Shown: positions 12,301 to 26,000, numbered from the whole stretch's first letter. The stretch is DNA of 56,526 bases, filler included, from Sphacelaria rigidula (GCA_964200075.2; 3 parts of 3 records of this genome joined end to end with filler, not necessarily neighbours in it); one strand, 5' to 3'. Numbers and translations are program-made. Notes: a model not told the origin generated them from the sequence alone.

Positions 12301-15300
12301 ACCCGAGTCTCGTGAACAACCGCCCGAAACATGTGCCGTCTTTGATAGGAGTGCTTCTAAACGAGTCTCTCCTTATGTGGTCTGGTAACCCGTGACCTCA
12401 TTTTCCTCTAATACCACCTTCAAGCCAAATTTGGTGCTGTCAGCTACCCAGAAATCGAAAACTATTGATCCCTGAGCATACCGCAATCGAACGGTAGACG
12501 TATTGAGAATATCATGTTTTGGCTCCTTGCGTCGAGACCCCCCCCCGCCCCCCCCCCGCTCCCCCCCTCCCGGCGTCCAACTCGCATACGGCGGATGGGA
12601 TGATGACCGAACATCAGAGATCCGGGCGTAAGGCATGGATTATTGTCATCGCTGCAGCGATGTGTGGGGTCCTTCCCATCGCAGTCGCTGCGGCACCTGT
12701 GGGCAGCAGCACCCCACAAGAAGAAGACATCCGCTAGAAACAATCGGTTGGCGAAGCTTCTGGTGCGCATGAGCGAAGGTACCATTGATGTTCGATGGGG
12801 ACTGGGTCGGAAGTAAGGAAGTGTGCGTAGTCTGCGGTCGGTCGTGATTGTTGGCACTATTCCATCAGGCGAACATTTCCACCTCGAATTTTTGGTTGTC
12901 CTTTTGACGTTTTCATGCCCGTTCATGTTTATCGCTCAACGGTCTTGTCTATCTACTGTTTCACCACCTTTGCAGGTGGCAACAGCGGCGAGGATGCTCG
13001 GCACTGCGCGGCGCTCGTCCTCGCAGGTTTACTCCCGTTCTTCCAGCCACAACCGACGGGTGCGGCATCCTCGACAGTCTCACAAGTTGATTTGGCTCTT
13101 CAACTTACCTTACGGTTCTTCCTTGCTCTGCCCCTCGCGTTACTTAACGAAGCATGTTCGTTCTGCGTGACTTTTGATCCATGTGCGTCGGGGTGAAGCA
13201 GACGTCATGATCCAGATTCATTCCCAACTCCTGCCTGTACTACTGGAAATGCCCCAAAGAAGCTGTCATAGCTTTGGAAGCCATGCTGTCGTGAACAGTA
13301 GATTCCTACCTTGTTCCCCCGTCTGCACCAATCCCCCCCCCCTCCCCCCCCCGGCATCTCCTGACTGCTCCTCCACCAGACCACCCAAGTTTGCGAGATG
13401 CAGGATTAGATCCGAACGCGGAGGTACCGAAAATCCTCTCCATCTTGAACACCCTCATGCAAGCTCTTCCTGCGCCGAGCCAGGAGATGGCTGCTTCAAG
13501 CATCGCCCCTCTTGTAGCGGGCGTGACGGGAGACGACATCGTTTCTGCCCCGCTCACCGCGTTCCCGACCGCAGCGTTAATTCTCCGGGCGTGGTGTGGA
13601 TTGACCTTTTGGGCCATGTCGGGCCTCCAGGATCGTGGTGCCAATGTCGCGGCGGAAACTACTACCGCACGCGGTTATTCGGGTGTTTCCGCTAGCAATG
13701 GGGAGGGGGAGACTGATGAGGCGACCTCTCGCGAGAGAGCCGCTGGCGGTGATCTAGGCGGGCGAGTGAATGATGTTGATAGGGGGGAGCTCGGTGTGAC
13801 CTCGTCACCGTTGGAACAAGAAGGAGACGAAGGATGCGGTCCCATTCGCGCTATTTTAGGCTGGGTACTTCCATGGGGCGCACCACGTGCCGGAGCGGCT
13901 GACGAAGCAGGAGCGAGGTGTCGTACTGATTGCGTTTCTGGTTCGAACGCGGCGGATCCAAGTGACGGTGTTGCCGCTGCGCAACCTCTAGCGGCGCGTG
14001 GACGAATGGAACGAGTGTCTGAGTGGAAGGTGGTCGTACTTCCGTCGTTGGTGCGCTCGCTGTCGATGATGAAGGCTCTTGGCGAAGGCCGCGCGGATGA
14101 GGGAGACAAGAAGCAGAACACGGAGCCACTGGCGGAAGAGCCCCAGAGGTGGCTGCGAACATCGGTGTCGTTGCTGGCACTGCCGGCTGTATTCCCACGA
14201 TCGGCTGCAGCAAGGAATTCTGATGCGCACGCGAGAGAACCCCACGCGATGACGACTGCTGTTCCGAAAAGCAGGCAAGATGATGTTCTTTGTTGCTCGG
14301 AATGTCGAGGTGTTGAAGACGTAGCTTGGGCGCTCTTGAGGGAGTGGGATGTTCGGGAAAACAGTTCGAGGGGCCGCGGTGACGGGTCAAGACCCAGCCT
14401 TGGAAAAGGAAGGAGTAACGGAAAAAGCAGAGAGTACACTGCCGCGCAGGAGTTGCCGTTGTGGATGTGGCTTGTCGTTTCCGGTCTCCGAGGGCGAGGT
14501 TGTTGTCACCTGGCGCCAGACAAACGAGTACCAGGGGTGTCCCGCGACGAGCAGGAGGAGCAGCCAGCAGGATTGGAAAAGGTAGGAACTTCGACGTCTG
14601 AGCAGTGCGGTACAAGTACGGGCGAAGGCGCTGCTTCTTCACGAGAGAGGAAAAGTGCTTTTTTTCTACGGGAAATTTTGCACTTATCGCCTAAGGATGG
14701 CCCGGCCCAGGTGTTGGCAGCATTGTCGCGAGGAGCGGTAACACCCGTCGATGATTGCCGACAAAGCGACGGGAGTCATGATCCCATGCGAGAGGGCGAG
14801 ATACAGAATAGTCGTGAGGAGGAGCAGCAAGAACGGCAGCGAGACGAGGCGTGTGCGAGGAGGGTTAGGCATTCCTGCTTGCGAGTGTTCGCGAACGTGT
14901 GGCGCGTGCAAGCGTCACGTAACTTATCTGCTTGGGGTGCGTTTCGGAGGTGCAACCCCTCGGACGACGTGACGGCCCGACACGGGCTGCGGGGTAGCGG
15001 TTCGGTCATACTGGAGGCGGTGGACAGTGGCTATCAGTTTTCGTCGAAGCGGCCTATACCTGGTGATCGTCAGGATTGCAGCGAGACATCATCACAGCAG
15101 CCAGACGCGCTTCTTGTCGGAGACACGGATGATACCCTCCGCGCCCCGCTCAAGCTTGCATTACTTTTGTCGCTGCTGCCGCGATCACCTGCGAGAAGTG
15201 GTGGCGAAGCCGGTGGCGCCTCCGTCGAGGACAGGAGCGAACATGCGGAAGCCGGTTTCCCGATCGACCGAACAACGAGCGCGGACGAAGGACGAATTGC

Positions 15301-17389
15301 GGATGGCGAGCCTCCAATGCAGCCGAACTTGGAGAAAGAATCATCAACCACGTTTCTTGAAACTGCCGGCGACGTGCCGTGGGGTGACGCCGCTTCCATC
15401 GGTGCGGCGTTCGGTCCCGAGTCGGCCGCCGTGTGGCGCGAGCTGTTCGCGGTCAGACAGGGGTATTCGGTGGGCTTCGCGAAGGGGGTACTGAGGCGAT
15501 TTTCCAAAGACTGTGCTCGCTTAGCCTTGTCCGCGCCGCCAACTGCTGTAGAGTACCCTCCCAGTTCTACTGCTGCCGCTGTTCATGTGTCGGAAGCCGT
15601 GGCCGACCGAGGCGGACTGGCTAAATGCCGTCTCCCTGCCGATCAACGAGACGCCTCGCTCTCCGGAGGTTGGGGACTCGCGTTCAGTCAGACGCAACCG
15701 ACTCAAAAAGATACCCAAAGGGAAGACGGGGCAGCAGATAGGAACAGACGGGGCAACGAATCACAGAAAACGACGTGGAGATATTCGCAGCAAAACGGCC
15801 CCACGGCAGAGGAATGTAGTCCGGAGCTGGGACCTGCGCCTCCTCCCGCGTCCATCCCACTTTTGGCGGAGGTCACGTTGGCGCTCCTACATGCGTCATT
15901 CCGGGAGACTGGGGTTGTCAGGGCGCGTGCATGGGCAGCTGCGCTTGCAAGTCTCGCTTGGCTGCTGGCGTCACACATCCCCCCCCAGTCTTGTCTCACG
16001 TCGCCGCACCGGGTGTGTCGAAAACGTCCCGCAGAAGAGGGCTCCGGGAATGACGACAGGGAACATACGGCGGATGTAACAGCAGCGTCGAGTGCTACTG
16101 CCTGTACCGACCCTGTCGCTGTCAAAATGATCGACTGCTTCGGCCCTGTTCACGAGGCAGTGACCTCTGCGAGTTCCGCCGGGTGGCTGTCGGTCGAAGG
16201 ACGTGGAATTCCTGCTGAGAAGGAGTTTTTGACGCCTCTATGCCGATTCCTTGCGTCAGGGATTCAAAGCTGGAGCAGTAGTACTCTCTGTGTTGCTGCT
16301 ACTGCTACGTCTAGAGGACTTTCGCCCAAGCCGGTGTGTTGGTGGTTGCATTCTACGCTTCGACAGAAAACACGGGCGATGGTCGTGTCTGTGTTCTCGG
16401 GCGTGAAGGCGTTCGCGAAGGAGAGTCTGGCGTCGCCGGACGTTTTGCGGGGTTTGACTCCGCTGCTGGTTGCTACACTGGACATGCCGGGTTCAGGGTG
16501 AGGTGTTTCCATGGCAACTTTGCGTGATATTCCTGTTCCCGTGAGTGTGTGAATCTTGTCGGTATCTATTATCGTCTTGCGTCGCTCGTTGATTCCTTGC
16601 CGCCGGTTGTTGGGGTGTTGTACGAAATGGGCATGCAATGGCCAAAGCAAATGGCGCATCGGAGTCCATTCCACGTTTATGCGCTAGAGTAGTCGCCTTG
16701 TGTTGAGTGGTTTTCATTGCACGAGAAATTTTGTCGAAACCAACACATCTCGAAGCGCATGCTCCGCTGGCCGTTGAATGCTTGGAGAGACACCAAGTTG
16801 TTCCAAACAACCCCCCATGTCTGCTCTACTACCTGCGCTCACCACCGATCGCCACAGAGACGCGGACCGTCTGCAGTCGTCCCTCCTCGACACCTGGAAC
16901 AGCACATTCGGCGCTCTCTCGAACCCCACCCCAGGCTGGAAGGCGGCCTTCTCCCCGCTCTTGCTTGCGAGCCTGGCAGCCATGTCTGAACGCGCAGAAG
17001 TCAGAATGCCGCCAGGGATGCCGCTGCAGAACGCCAGCAGAAGCGGCACGATATTGCCGTCAGCGGCAGGACGAGCCGCAGGAGAGAACGTTCGAACCCA
17101 TCTGTGCAACACTCGGATGGGTTCAGAGAGGAGCACTCGGGACGGTATGGGCAACAATCAGGCCGGGGAGAGGGAAAACTGTGAACTCGAGGGCAGGGAC
17201 GACGAAGACACGTTTGAAACGCAGTCGATCTTGGGTGACGGCGCTTTGCTGGGCAACAGCGTGCAGACCGCCGGTCGTCCCGCGTGCTACTCGGGTGGCA
17301 TGGCTGCGAAGCTGTCCGGGGGGGCGGGGTCCCGGCGATCATTTATTCCGGCTGGCCGCAGGTTTGACCATATTCGAGCAAGTAACTAA
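6388..17389 (+). CDS. RIF1: RIF1 homolog (telomere/replication-timing factor), HEAT-repeat region, multi-exon; 5' and 3' ends uncertain
   Basis: Phase-consistent GT-AG exons: 8520-8674, 9226-9404, 9937-9981, 10104-10368, 10724-10864, 11441-11512, 11903-11961, 12618-12778, 12976-13182, 13380-16497, 16858-~17389. Tentative 5' exons: 6388-6495, 6659-6759, 8058-8172. Motifs match the RIF1 N-terminal domain as recalled from the human protein: STVVRKEAAAAIHCLLGDAPAAM (~SAVVDFEALNVIVRLIEQAPIQM), WAPALLCLCIDDSPGVR, RFKDPRPSVRLVAVDAWEMFV (~FRSGAPMIKKIAFIAWKSLI) and LTPLLVATL...DTWNSTFG (~LSPLLCIIF...FWNATFA). Confidence 0.8.
13380..16497 (+). CDS. RIF1: Large (~3.1 kb) internal exon of RIF1
   Basis: Contains the 1036-aa ORF 13391-16501. 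Acceptor accag|AC at 13380. Donor GG|GTGAGG after 16497 joins in phase to the exon at 16858. Confidence 0.8.
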
Positions 17390-18786
17390 TGAGAAACAAT
17401 TGTCCCCTTGGTAAATGTGTCCGATGCTGTCCGCGAGGGTTTGTTCTGCGTGGTTCCTCCTCCCGTGTTCCTCACTTGCGGTTTGCAGCTCGAGGTTGTG
17501 ATACAGGGAGACTTTGCTTTTCTTCTCATGCTTAGATTTTTATTCGAAGCATTGAATCAGAGTAGCCGGCGGTTCCTCCTGAATTGGTGGATGTGATCAT
17601 GTTGAATATACGCTGTGTTAGTACTCTCTTTTTTTTACTCCAAGGGTTGGGTCAGAGTACCACGGGGTTCCTCCTATATATATATATATATATATGGTTG
17701 GATGATATTTACTAGTACAGGCCGTGGTGGTGTGCCTTTCAGATACGCTTTGACTTTGTGCGAACACTAACATTGCACGCTGGCAAGATTCATTTTTTGT
17801 CGGGCATCTTCTCCACTGACATATGTTGCCTTCCCATCGCTTGTACGCAACACGGTGCTATGACAGCTCTCCAGCCGATTCTGCTCTCTCCAGAAGCAAA
17901 CAGCCTCTGTCTCCTCGCTCTCCACCGAACAGGCCAGGTGTGAAGTGGGGCGTCGAACTTTCCTATCTGCAACCGCTGCGAAACCTTTCGTCTAAACAGT
18001 GTTCGAAGCCAATTGACGCAGAATCATCAGCATACTAAAAGCGAGCATTATCCCCGGAGGAGGTGTAATGATCAGGACATTGAAGCTCGTCATTGCACCC
18101 TATACGACACGCATTTACCCAGATATGAGCGGCCGAATCCTTTCTCGGTGTGCGCGTTCTGCGGCATGTCTTCTTCTACGGCTATGTTTCATGATATTAG
18201 ACCATCGAGCGGTAGCGATCAACCTTCAAAAACTATTCTTGAAAGTTCCGGTTCCTGAATGGTTAAAAATGTGTTCTCATGGACTGATTCGTGAGCAATA
18301 CTCAAGAGGATGTTTTCGGTTATTATAATAATTTTGTATTATTATTGTTTCCGCACATTAGTCCGATCTCTCGAACCCGTGGTCACAGACGTAGGCTCGT
18401 CTTTCCAATACCGTCCCTGCTATTCCTTACAAGACATGGAGTCCTCCATCATTTTTGTTTCAAGACTCCAGCCTAATTACAAGGACGAACGCAATCAACT
18501 AAAATATTGCTAGTTGCGGCAGATACAAGTGGGCGAACATAGTAGGCGTTGCGGAAAGCCTGGAATAAGGGGCCGGGGGTTCTCGAGCTGGTCAGTTGTG
18601 CACATTCCGTCGTGTCATGAGTAATTGTTGCCTGAGTTTTCGAGACGTTTTGCAGATTTAGTGCCCGTCTTGATTGCCTGGGATTCTTCACTGTGATTGT
18701 GCTCTGCATGTACGAAACACTTTTAGTACCCTTTCCCTACGAGCTGGGCCAGCCCAGAAACGGATTTAACCTGGCAGAGCAATATC

Positions 18787-18886
18787 NNNNNNNNNNNNNN
18801 NNNNNNNNNNNNNNNNNNNNNNNNNNNNNNTTAATTAATTAANNNNNNNNNNNNNNNNNNNNNNNNNNNNNNNNNNNNNNNNNNNN
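18787..18886. other. Assembly gap with an artificial six-frame-stop linker
   Basis: 44 N + TTAATTAATTAA + 44 N; identical structure at 37657-37756. Confidence 0.95.
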
Positions 18887-18913
18887 TGCTTCGCTGGATT
18901 GTATCTTTCGGGG

Positions 18914-18950
<37 letters not shown>

Positions 18951-18954
<4 letters not shown>

Positions 18955-19022
18955 TCGTACTCATCTGTTGCTTGCCTTAGTCGTTTGACCATTGACCACG
19001 CATCCCTTTCGAGACGGAGCAT
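18951..19022 (-). mobile_element. LINE-like retrotransposon 3'-end fragment within poly-G/C tracts
   Basis: The reverse strand GCTCCGTCTCGAAAGGGATGCGTGGTCAATGGTCAAACGACTAAGGCAAGCAACAGATGAGTACG matches 36199-36250 and 52684-52746. Confidence 0.65.
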
Positions 19023-19560
19023 CGCGCGGGGGGGGGGGGAGAAGGGATGTGCCTAAATTGAGGGAGATATGCTGCCCTTCGATCAAAATCGTTACATCAA
19101 AACATTTTCTGCCACCATGACTCACCACGATGAACGTACAATGCCACGATTCGGTGGTTCACGATGCCCGAAGCAAGTTTCAACACGGAAATCACTTCCA
19201 TCAACTTTTAGCAAACAGTTGACGGGGGCCCTCCGTGTACATAGCCCCAGGTTCTGGCTCGTAGCTTTTGTCGCACGATCGAATCAATCCCGATCGTCCT
19301 CATGAAACCCTTGTCAAGGCGCAGCTTGTGTAAATCCTGGCTGCTGTTCTCGCCAGCGTAAAGATGACAACGCCCCCTACAAGGAGGAGTGGACCCTGTA
19401 TTGCTCCATGAACGACCTGTTTGTTTTGCGAAGTCTCTACCGATTTCATAACTTTCGACTGAAGGTGAAAATTCTTTGTTCGAGCGTTCACTGCCATCAG
19501 AAGCGGCGCGGTGATGAACGGAATATTCTACGGGACAATGGGCTTGTGTCGACGGCAGGA

Positions 19561-19800
19561 GAGGGGGGCGGGTTGTGCTCATGATCATGTATGCCATAGT
19601 CATAAGATCATTGACTTCGCATCCCCACAAAGCTGGGACGGAGCACGCCGGGTTTCAGCCGGACCAGGCTCGCACTCAATCACCAAGCGCGAAGCGCCGT
19701 AGTGTGTTCGGCGAGTCGCATAAAGGGTGAGCTGCATCCTGTTAAGATTGTTCGGCCCGACGCCTACTGGTTATTATGTTGCATTCGGATGACAGCGGCA
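19561..19800 (-). mobile_element. Dispersed repeat family B (non-autonomous, shares its 3' end with the LINE fragments)
   Basis: Near-identical to 52883-53115 and, inverted, to 56143-56386. Shorter copies at ~39829-39940, 52560-52668 and 53425-53523. Confidence 0.75.
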
Positions 19801-20054
19801 AATGAGTTGTCAATAGCCCCTGGTAAGTGAAGGAACGGAATCATATTTTGAAGATTTGGTGTGGATACGAAGATTTTAATCCTCCGGGTTCTTATCCTCG
19901 ATGAAAAGCTTCATCCTCGATTTCGAGTATCAACTGTTCAACCCCATCGGGGGTCCGCGCACGCCGGGTTCTCGCCGGACCAGGGCGTGAGAGGGAAGGA
20001 GGTGTGGCAGAAATTACGAAAAAAGCAAAAACAAAGACTGGATCGTTATCTTAC

Positions 20055-23000
20055 CTCGTCGCCATTCTCGACACCGAAGGATGCGGAACCATACCCGTGG
20101 CATATACCCGCGCATTCCTGGCGCCCCCGAAACGGCGAACCAGGGAGAAAGGTTCCAAAATAGTTGAGATTCGGGGCATGGAAGCATGAAAAACGCGGAA
20201 GTGAAAAAAAAAAGGGAGTGTAAGTTTCCCTCCTTGTGGTAATCGCGGACGTTTCCATCACCTCCAGTGACATACCAACCAGGGAAACACGGTTAGAGTA
20301 GAGAACCGTGCCCCCGCGTAGCCCGGTTTTCCATGGTACTTGTAGAACAGGACCGATTTTCCCAGGACTCATGGGGTATGCACTGCCAAAATCACCGAGC
20401 CTCGCCGGGATCACAGCTGAAAATTCCGTGCTTCGCACATGTTTGTGACTCGCAAGGGGAACCGAACCACCACGAAGCATTCTCCTCGACCGCCCCCGCC
20501 CACCCGCCCCCGACATATCCATGTTGGCACAACCATCACAGCCCACACACCTCCACAGTCATTTCAGAATCTTCGAAAGAAAGCTCCCCGGAGAACACAC
20601 GGTCGGCATCGCTGTCGGCGTAGCATTCACCTCCTGTGTAGTCGTTCACTTGAAATGTGGATCTGTCAAGCTGCGTTGTTTTTGTTCGTGCAACAAAACA
20701 ACCGTGCGGGAAAGCAGCCAGTGGATGAGGATGTGCAGATGATTCCGTAGGCAATGACTGCGCAAGGGTGCAACAGAAAATGATACTACGAGGGTGCCCG
20801 GTATAATGAAGAAAAGCCTGCTATGCGAAGCGTCGGGCGTTGATGGGCGCTACGTGTTGCGGGTGGGGGCTACTACGGCCAGAATGTCCACGAAGAACTC
20901 ATGCATCGAACAGACGAGCGCACAACAGCCAACCATCGTATCGTGAAGTGGCCCTAGAGTGCCGTGTGGTGCAGATACCGAATATATTCGACTCATGGGG
21001 TAGGGTGATCATCGATGGATTCGCGGTAGAGAAGTATTTCGTTTGCAGTTGTTCTGCCATGTTGTCGATGATAACCTGTCTTGTATTCTCTGTGTCCGAT
21101 ATACGCTAATGTACAGCGATGACGTCGTTCGTATGCTGTGTACACGACAGTGGTGTTGTGCCAATGGTGTATGCGAAAGAGAAAAAAAGCAGATGCCATG
21201 CAGAAGAGAAGGAAGAAACCGCGCCTAGGAGGGTAGGTGAAACTTATCTGATCTACAAATATATTGTGCCCACGAGAGAGGTAAAAACAGAGACGGAGAG
21301 ACGACTCAACACAGCACAATATCAGTCTGAACGCCGACAATAAGATCATGGCTCCACGACCGGCTCTCACCATCCTTTCGATGATGAGCTCGGCGTTGTC
21401 GTTGTCCGCTGAGCCAACCACTTCGCCCTTGTAGGTTACGTCTGGGCCGGAAAACACGTTGATCCTTTTGATCCCATTGGTGCAGCCTGTAGCCATGATG
21501 GTGCTGTAGCTGTGGATAGTAGAGGAGAAACGTACCCGCGTTGGCGAGAACTCCCGGCGAAAAACGACACAATTGGGCTCATAACTGTCGCTCTCCGACT
21601 TTCATGCTGAGTTTCGTTCAACTCCTCTTACAATGATTCGTATTTTTTCATTTGGTCTCGTTTCGCTGCAATTTTGGCTCCTCTCGCTACAACTACATAT
21701 CCTTCCCGTTCATCCGCAGCGGATGGGACTCAAGAATCGACGACAACACATCCACACCGGTACACAGACGTTACAACAGACTCAATCAACTCTGTGACAC
21801 TTCGCAAATCGAAACCTGCCCAACCATAAACAGCCGATCATCGAAATTGAAAATGGAGCTTTTCATTGTGGATGATATAACCCAGAAATTCAAAGCTTCG
21901 CATCCACACCAACTCTTCGAGATATGGTTCCTTTCCTGTATCTGCTCGTAGCATTGACGACTACTACACGACATACACATTTGGATTTCGATGACCGAAA
22001 TTTGGGGGTTGCAGTTGAAAAACAAATTCTAGGGAATTCAGGTTATCCGGCCGGATCACTTGAACTTCCAACATTTTCTCTTCCACCTGGGACCCTCAGA
22101 TTTCGGTCATCGGGATCCAACTTTGTATGGCATGTAGTAGTCGTCAATAGCTACCAGCAGATGAAGGAACGGAACGACAGCTAGAAGAATTTGTGTGGAT
22201 GCGAAGATTTTCATTCCCGGGTTATCATCCTCGGTGATACTCAATTGCGATGATCGGCTATTTATAAGACAAACGACTTTGCGAACACGCAAAGTGGACA
22301 AAATGCGACTAACTTCACTTGCAATTCAAGACGGGTGGACCCCACGCTTATTTTCACCGCGTCTGGAATCAGATCGGTCATTATGGGGTCATCATCGGCC
22401 CTCTCACATGGCCTGCAAGATCGTGAGTACAACTCTAACACGGCCGCCTTCTCGAGCTAACGGGTATCATAATATGTATGTGCAAGAGTTGCGCAAAATG
22501 TAGTCGGGTAATGTCCACCGGGGAAGGGGGTCGATAGAGTCACATTGTATACACGTGACTTGTCCGACAAGCCTACGATCCATATGCTAGATCGCTGGAG
22601 TGGCCGTTCAAGCTCGAAGCACGGTGCCGTACAAGCACGGAAACAAGGAGAAAAATGCGACACCACGCAAATAAGCGCAAAAAACAAGCACTCAACGCCA
22701 CCAACGCAGGATCCTCCCCGCGCCCTCATCCTCATCCCGTCACCTGTCATCTCCGTCGTCGCCGCAAATATCCCAACCCTGACCATGAAGACCTCCAAGG
22801 TTATGGCCGAACTCGTGTGTGGGGGTCAGTTTCCACAAGCAACTCGGATCCACCACGGAGTGTAGCGTACCCCTACTCGTGTAATTATGAGAAAAAGCGG
22901 GTGGCAGTGGTCCAGAGAATGCGATAAGATGAAGAGGGGTTGACCAGGGGGGACGAGGGAGGGGCGGGGGGCACACACACTACGCAAACCCGCAAAGGAC

Positions 23001-26000
23001 AAAATCGGTCTAGTTCTTGGCCCAGCGTCCCTTGCTCTCTCTTTAGTCCCTCTTCGTTTTTCTGTCAGTTGATCTGTAGATTATACTGCCATGGAATACT
23101 GGGTATTCCCGGTCGTGGATATAGCTCAGGGAACCTGGCGGCTCGGCACTGAAGATACCCTGGAAACCCACGGTGCTGTCCCAGAGCCACGGTGCTCTAC
23201 TCAAAGCATCTTCAAAAGGACCCCAGTGCCGCCCGTCAGGAGTTGGCCAGTATACGACGATGGTAGCGTCTCCTGTGTATGCAGCTTGCTGGAATTCAAT
23301 GAATAACCGTTCGAAATATGCATCCTCAACATTAGCGGCAAAACCCGTCACGGTTCATCGTTAAAACAAAGATCGTAGTAGTAACCGAAGATGTGGAGTA
23401 TTTATCGTAAAATAATGAATAGCTCATCATGTACCGTATAGCTCGTATACAGAAATTCAGCATATATTGTCAGAATATCGAAAAGTTGAGTACGAAGAGT
23501 CTGAATCATCAATAGTTTGGACAAACAGTTTTATAGTACCCAAGAGTTTCGTCGATAGAGTGACATAGCCCTACGCCATCACTCTCCAAAGCGACCCAAC
23601 TCAAGTAAGCCTACCAGCTTGTCATCAGTTTTCTATAGAGTAGAGACTGATTGTGTTTGATTTGACTTCGGCCGAGTGAAGCACCGAGTTTCAACGTACT
23701 TTCTTTGATCGCACAAGCAAGTGTTTAACCAACACTATGCAGCCTCTACGAGCGCTCATGCCAGAGCTGGGCTCACCAGTTGAACCAATTGTTCCTATCA
23801 AGTTGACAGTCGAACATTTTGTATTTTGTACACAAGTCACGATAGCCATACCTATTCCAACAACACAGCTAAAATCCTTCGGGCATACTCGCGTGATTTT
23901 CCTCCGTAGTTGCTCATCGCTTACAGAGGGGTGTACAGTAGCACGATGATGATTGGGAAATGCTGATGGTCGGGGAAGAACGTTGGTTAGGGAGGAACGT
24001 AGGTTAGAACTCACCCTCACAACGGCCCCACGCCGCACAACCCTCCACAATCATTACAAGCAAGGTAGTACTCACCCCGCTCCGCAGGTATCGTCCAGAG
24101 GTTCAAAAAGCTGGGCGAAATCGGCCTTGTGCTCTTCGATAATTGCATCCACGTCCTCGTTCTGCTTAAACTCTGCGTACACGTCTGCATCGTCGCCCTC
24201 TGGAGTGTATGGCACCTGCCCCATCAACATTATCCCATAGAGGAGTGACACATGGAGCGGTGAGATTGTGTTGTGCTTCACCACGTTGATCAAGACCGAA
24301 AGAAAGATGCTGCGCCCTGATTTCTTGCGGGCCACAGAGAAGGGTTTCCTCATGCACCAGGGACTTTGGACACATCGAGTGAACACCCCCCTATTGGCTT
24401 GCGTGGACGGTCAGAGTACCTCAGGATGTTGACGAGGAATCATGCAAGTAGCCCAGGCGTGACATATCGAACATGATTTCAGAGCATCGCAATTGATTGC
24501 TTGAGTGATTGATCGATTATCGTACATCCAACCCCGGCCATCAAGACCATGTGCGCGCCCACGTTCAAGAATCGGGAAAACTCGCCAGAGGAAAATCGGG
24601 AAAGGAGAAACATGCATGCAGAAGCAGCAGACTAAACTGCAGGCGGAACTTCTTGACGCCCGCCGCATGCTAGTATCTGGCCAAACAAAAATAGAACAGA
24701 ACAACGTTACACAAGGCAACGAAAGAAAAGTCGAGACCCAGATAGCTAAGAATCACGACGTCGATATTCAACGACCACGCTATTTGTGGTACGTATCAAC
24801 CGAAGACTCGACCCATGTATCGTGGGCGACAACAGTAGCCTGAAATATGTCAAAATGATTGCCGCGAAGCGACGGAAAAGTACGTCGATATATGTGTCCA
24901 TGTGGATTGTTCGCAGACGATACCCAGAAAACGCTCACAACCGTATCATGTTGGGTCAAGATAAACACAAAAGGGACACTGAAGAAACGACAGTCTCCTT
25001 TACCGTCATCAGTCAGACAGGAGGGAGGTCGAACGCATTTTCTCAGGGGCAAGCGTGCTTCGCTAAAGGACCAAGCAAAATTGATTCGGCTGAAGAGGTG
25101 ACTTGCGTTCGGATACCTTTCAAACCCAACCCCATGCAGAAGAGGCATGGTGGAGTACGAGAACGGACACACGTGCGTGTACAAGTCGACGCCGCCGCCC
25201 GTGGGTCGAACGCACGCAATGAACACCAACGTTTAGGGGGATATCGTGCTGGAGTCGACTCCTGGAAGTAAGTTATCCGTGCTATTGGCTTCTGTCACCC
25301 GCAAGGGTTGAGGATTTGAGTGCGCGAGCGAAATAGAAAAACAATCGATGACGGTACAGTGGACGGGCTAAGGGGGTGCTGATCCAATGATTCACAAAGG
25401 AAAAATGCAAGAAGTGAGCATCAGGGCAGATATGAGTTTCGACGCCCAAGAGTACGGGATGATTCTGAAGAACGGGGCGTGCTACTGTAACGGTGAGGAA
25501 AACGACGGGAAACACAGGAAACTCAAAATCGTAATCGAGACAAGAGGTCGCCGAGACCGCCAACGCGGTACGAAAAATATTATCGATAATACCCAAGCGT
25601 TGCAGTACTCACCTTTCCCACGTAGACTGGCTCAAACACGAGGTCAATACCCGAGTCGCTGAAGGCGGTGTTGGTGCTCGTTATTACTTCGGCAATGGTC
25701 GTGATCATCTCCGACTCGGTCATATCCTTGGCGGACAAAGCGGCGTCGCTGAAGAACATGGCCACCGTAATCACGACCTGTTTGCGTGGGAACGCTTATT
25801 TGTTTGTGTCTTATTGAGTACGTCGCTTATCATTTATGATGGCGTTGGCTCTCCCTAAGCCCCCACAACATACGTGAGCATACCCGACATATAATCCAGT
25901 AAATTTCATCTTCATAACTTCGACATTCAGCCTTTTGCTTCCTCCCCCTCCCCCCTCGCCTATCATCCATCTATGTCTTGGAGCAAAAGAAAAAATATGT

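Noticed and set aside
13675..14642. Long minus-strand ORFs (254 and 263 aa)
   Set aside because: Antisense shadows of the GC-rich RIF1 exon.
18831..18842. TTAATTAATTAA palindrome inside N-runs (also at 37701-37712)
   Set aside because: Artificial all-frame stop linker used in contig joining; not biological.
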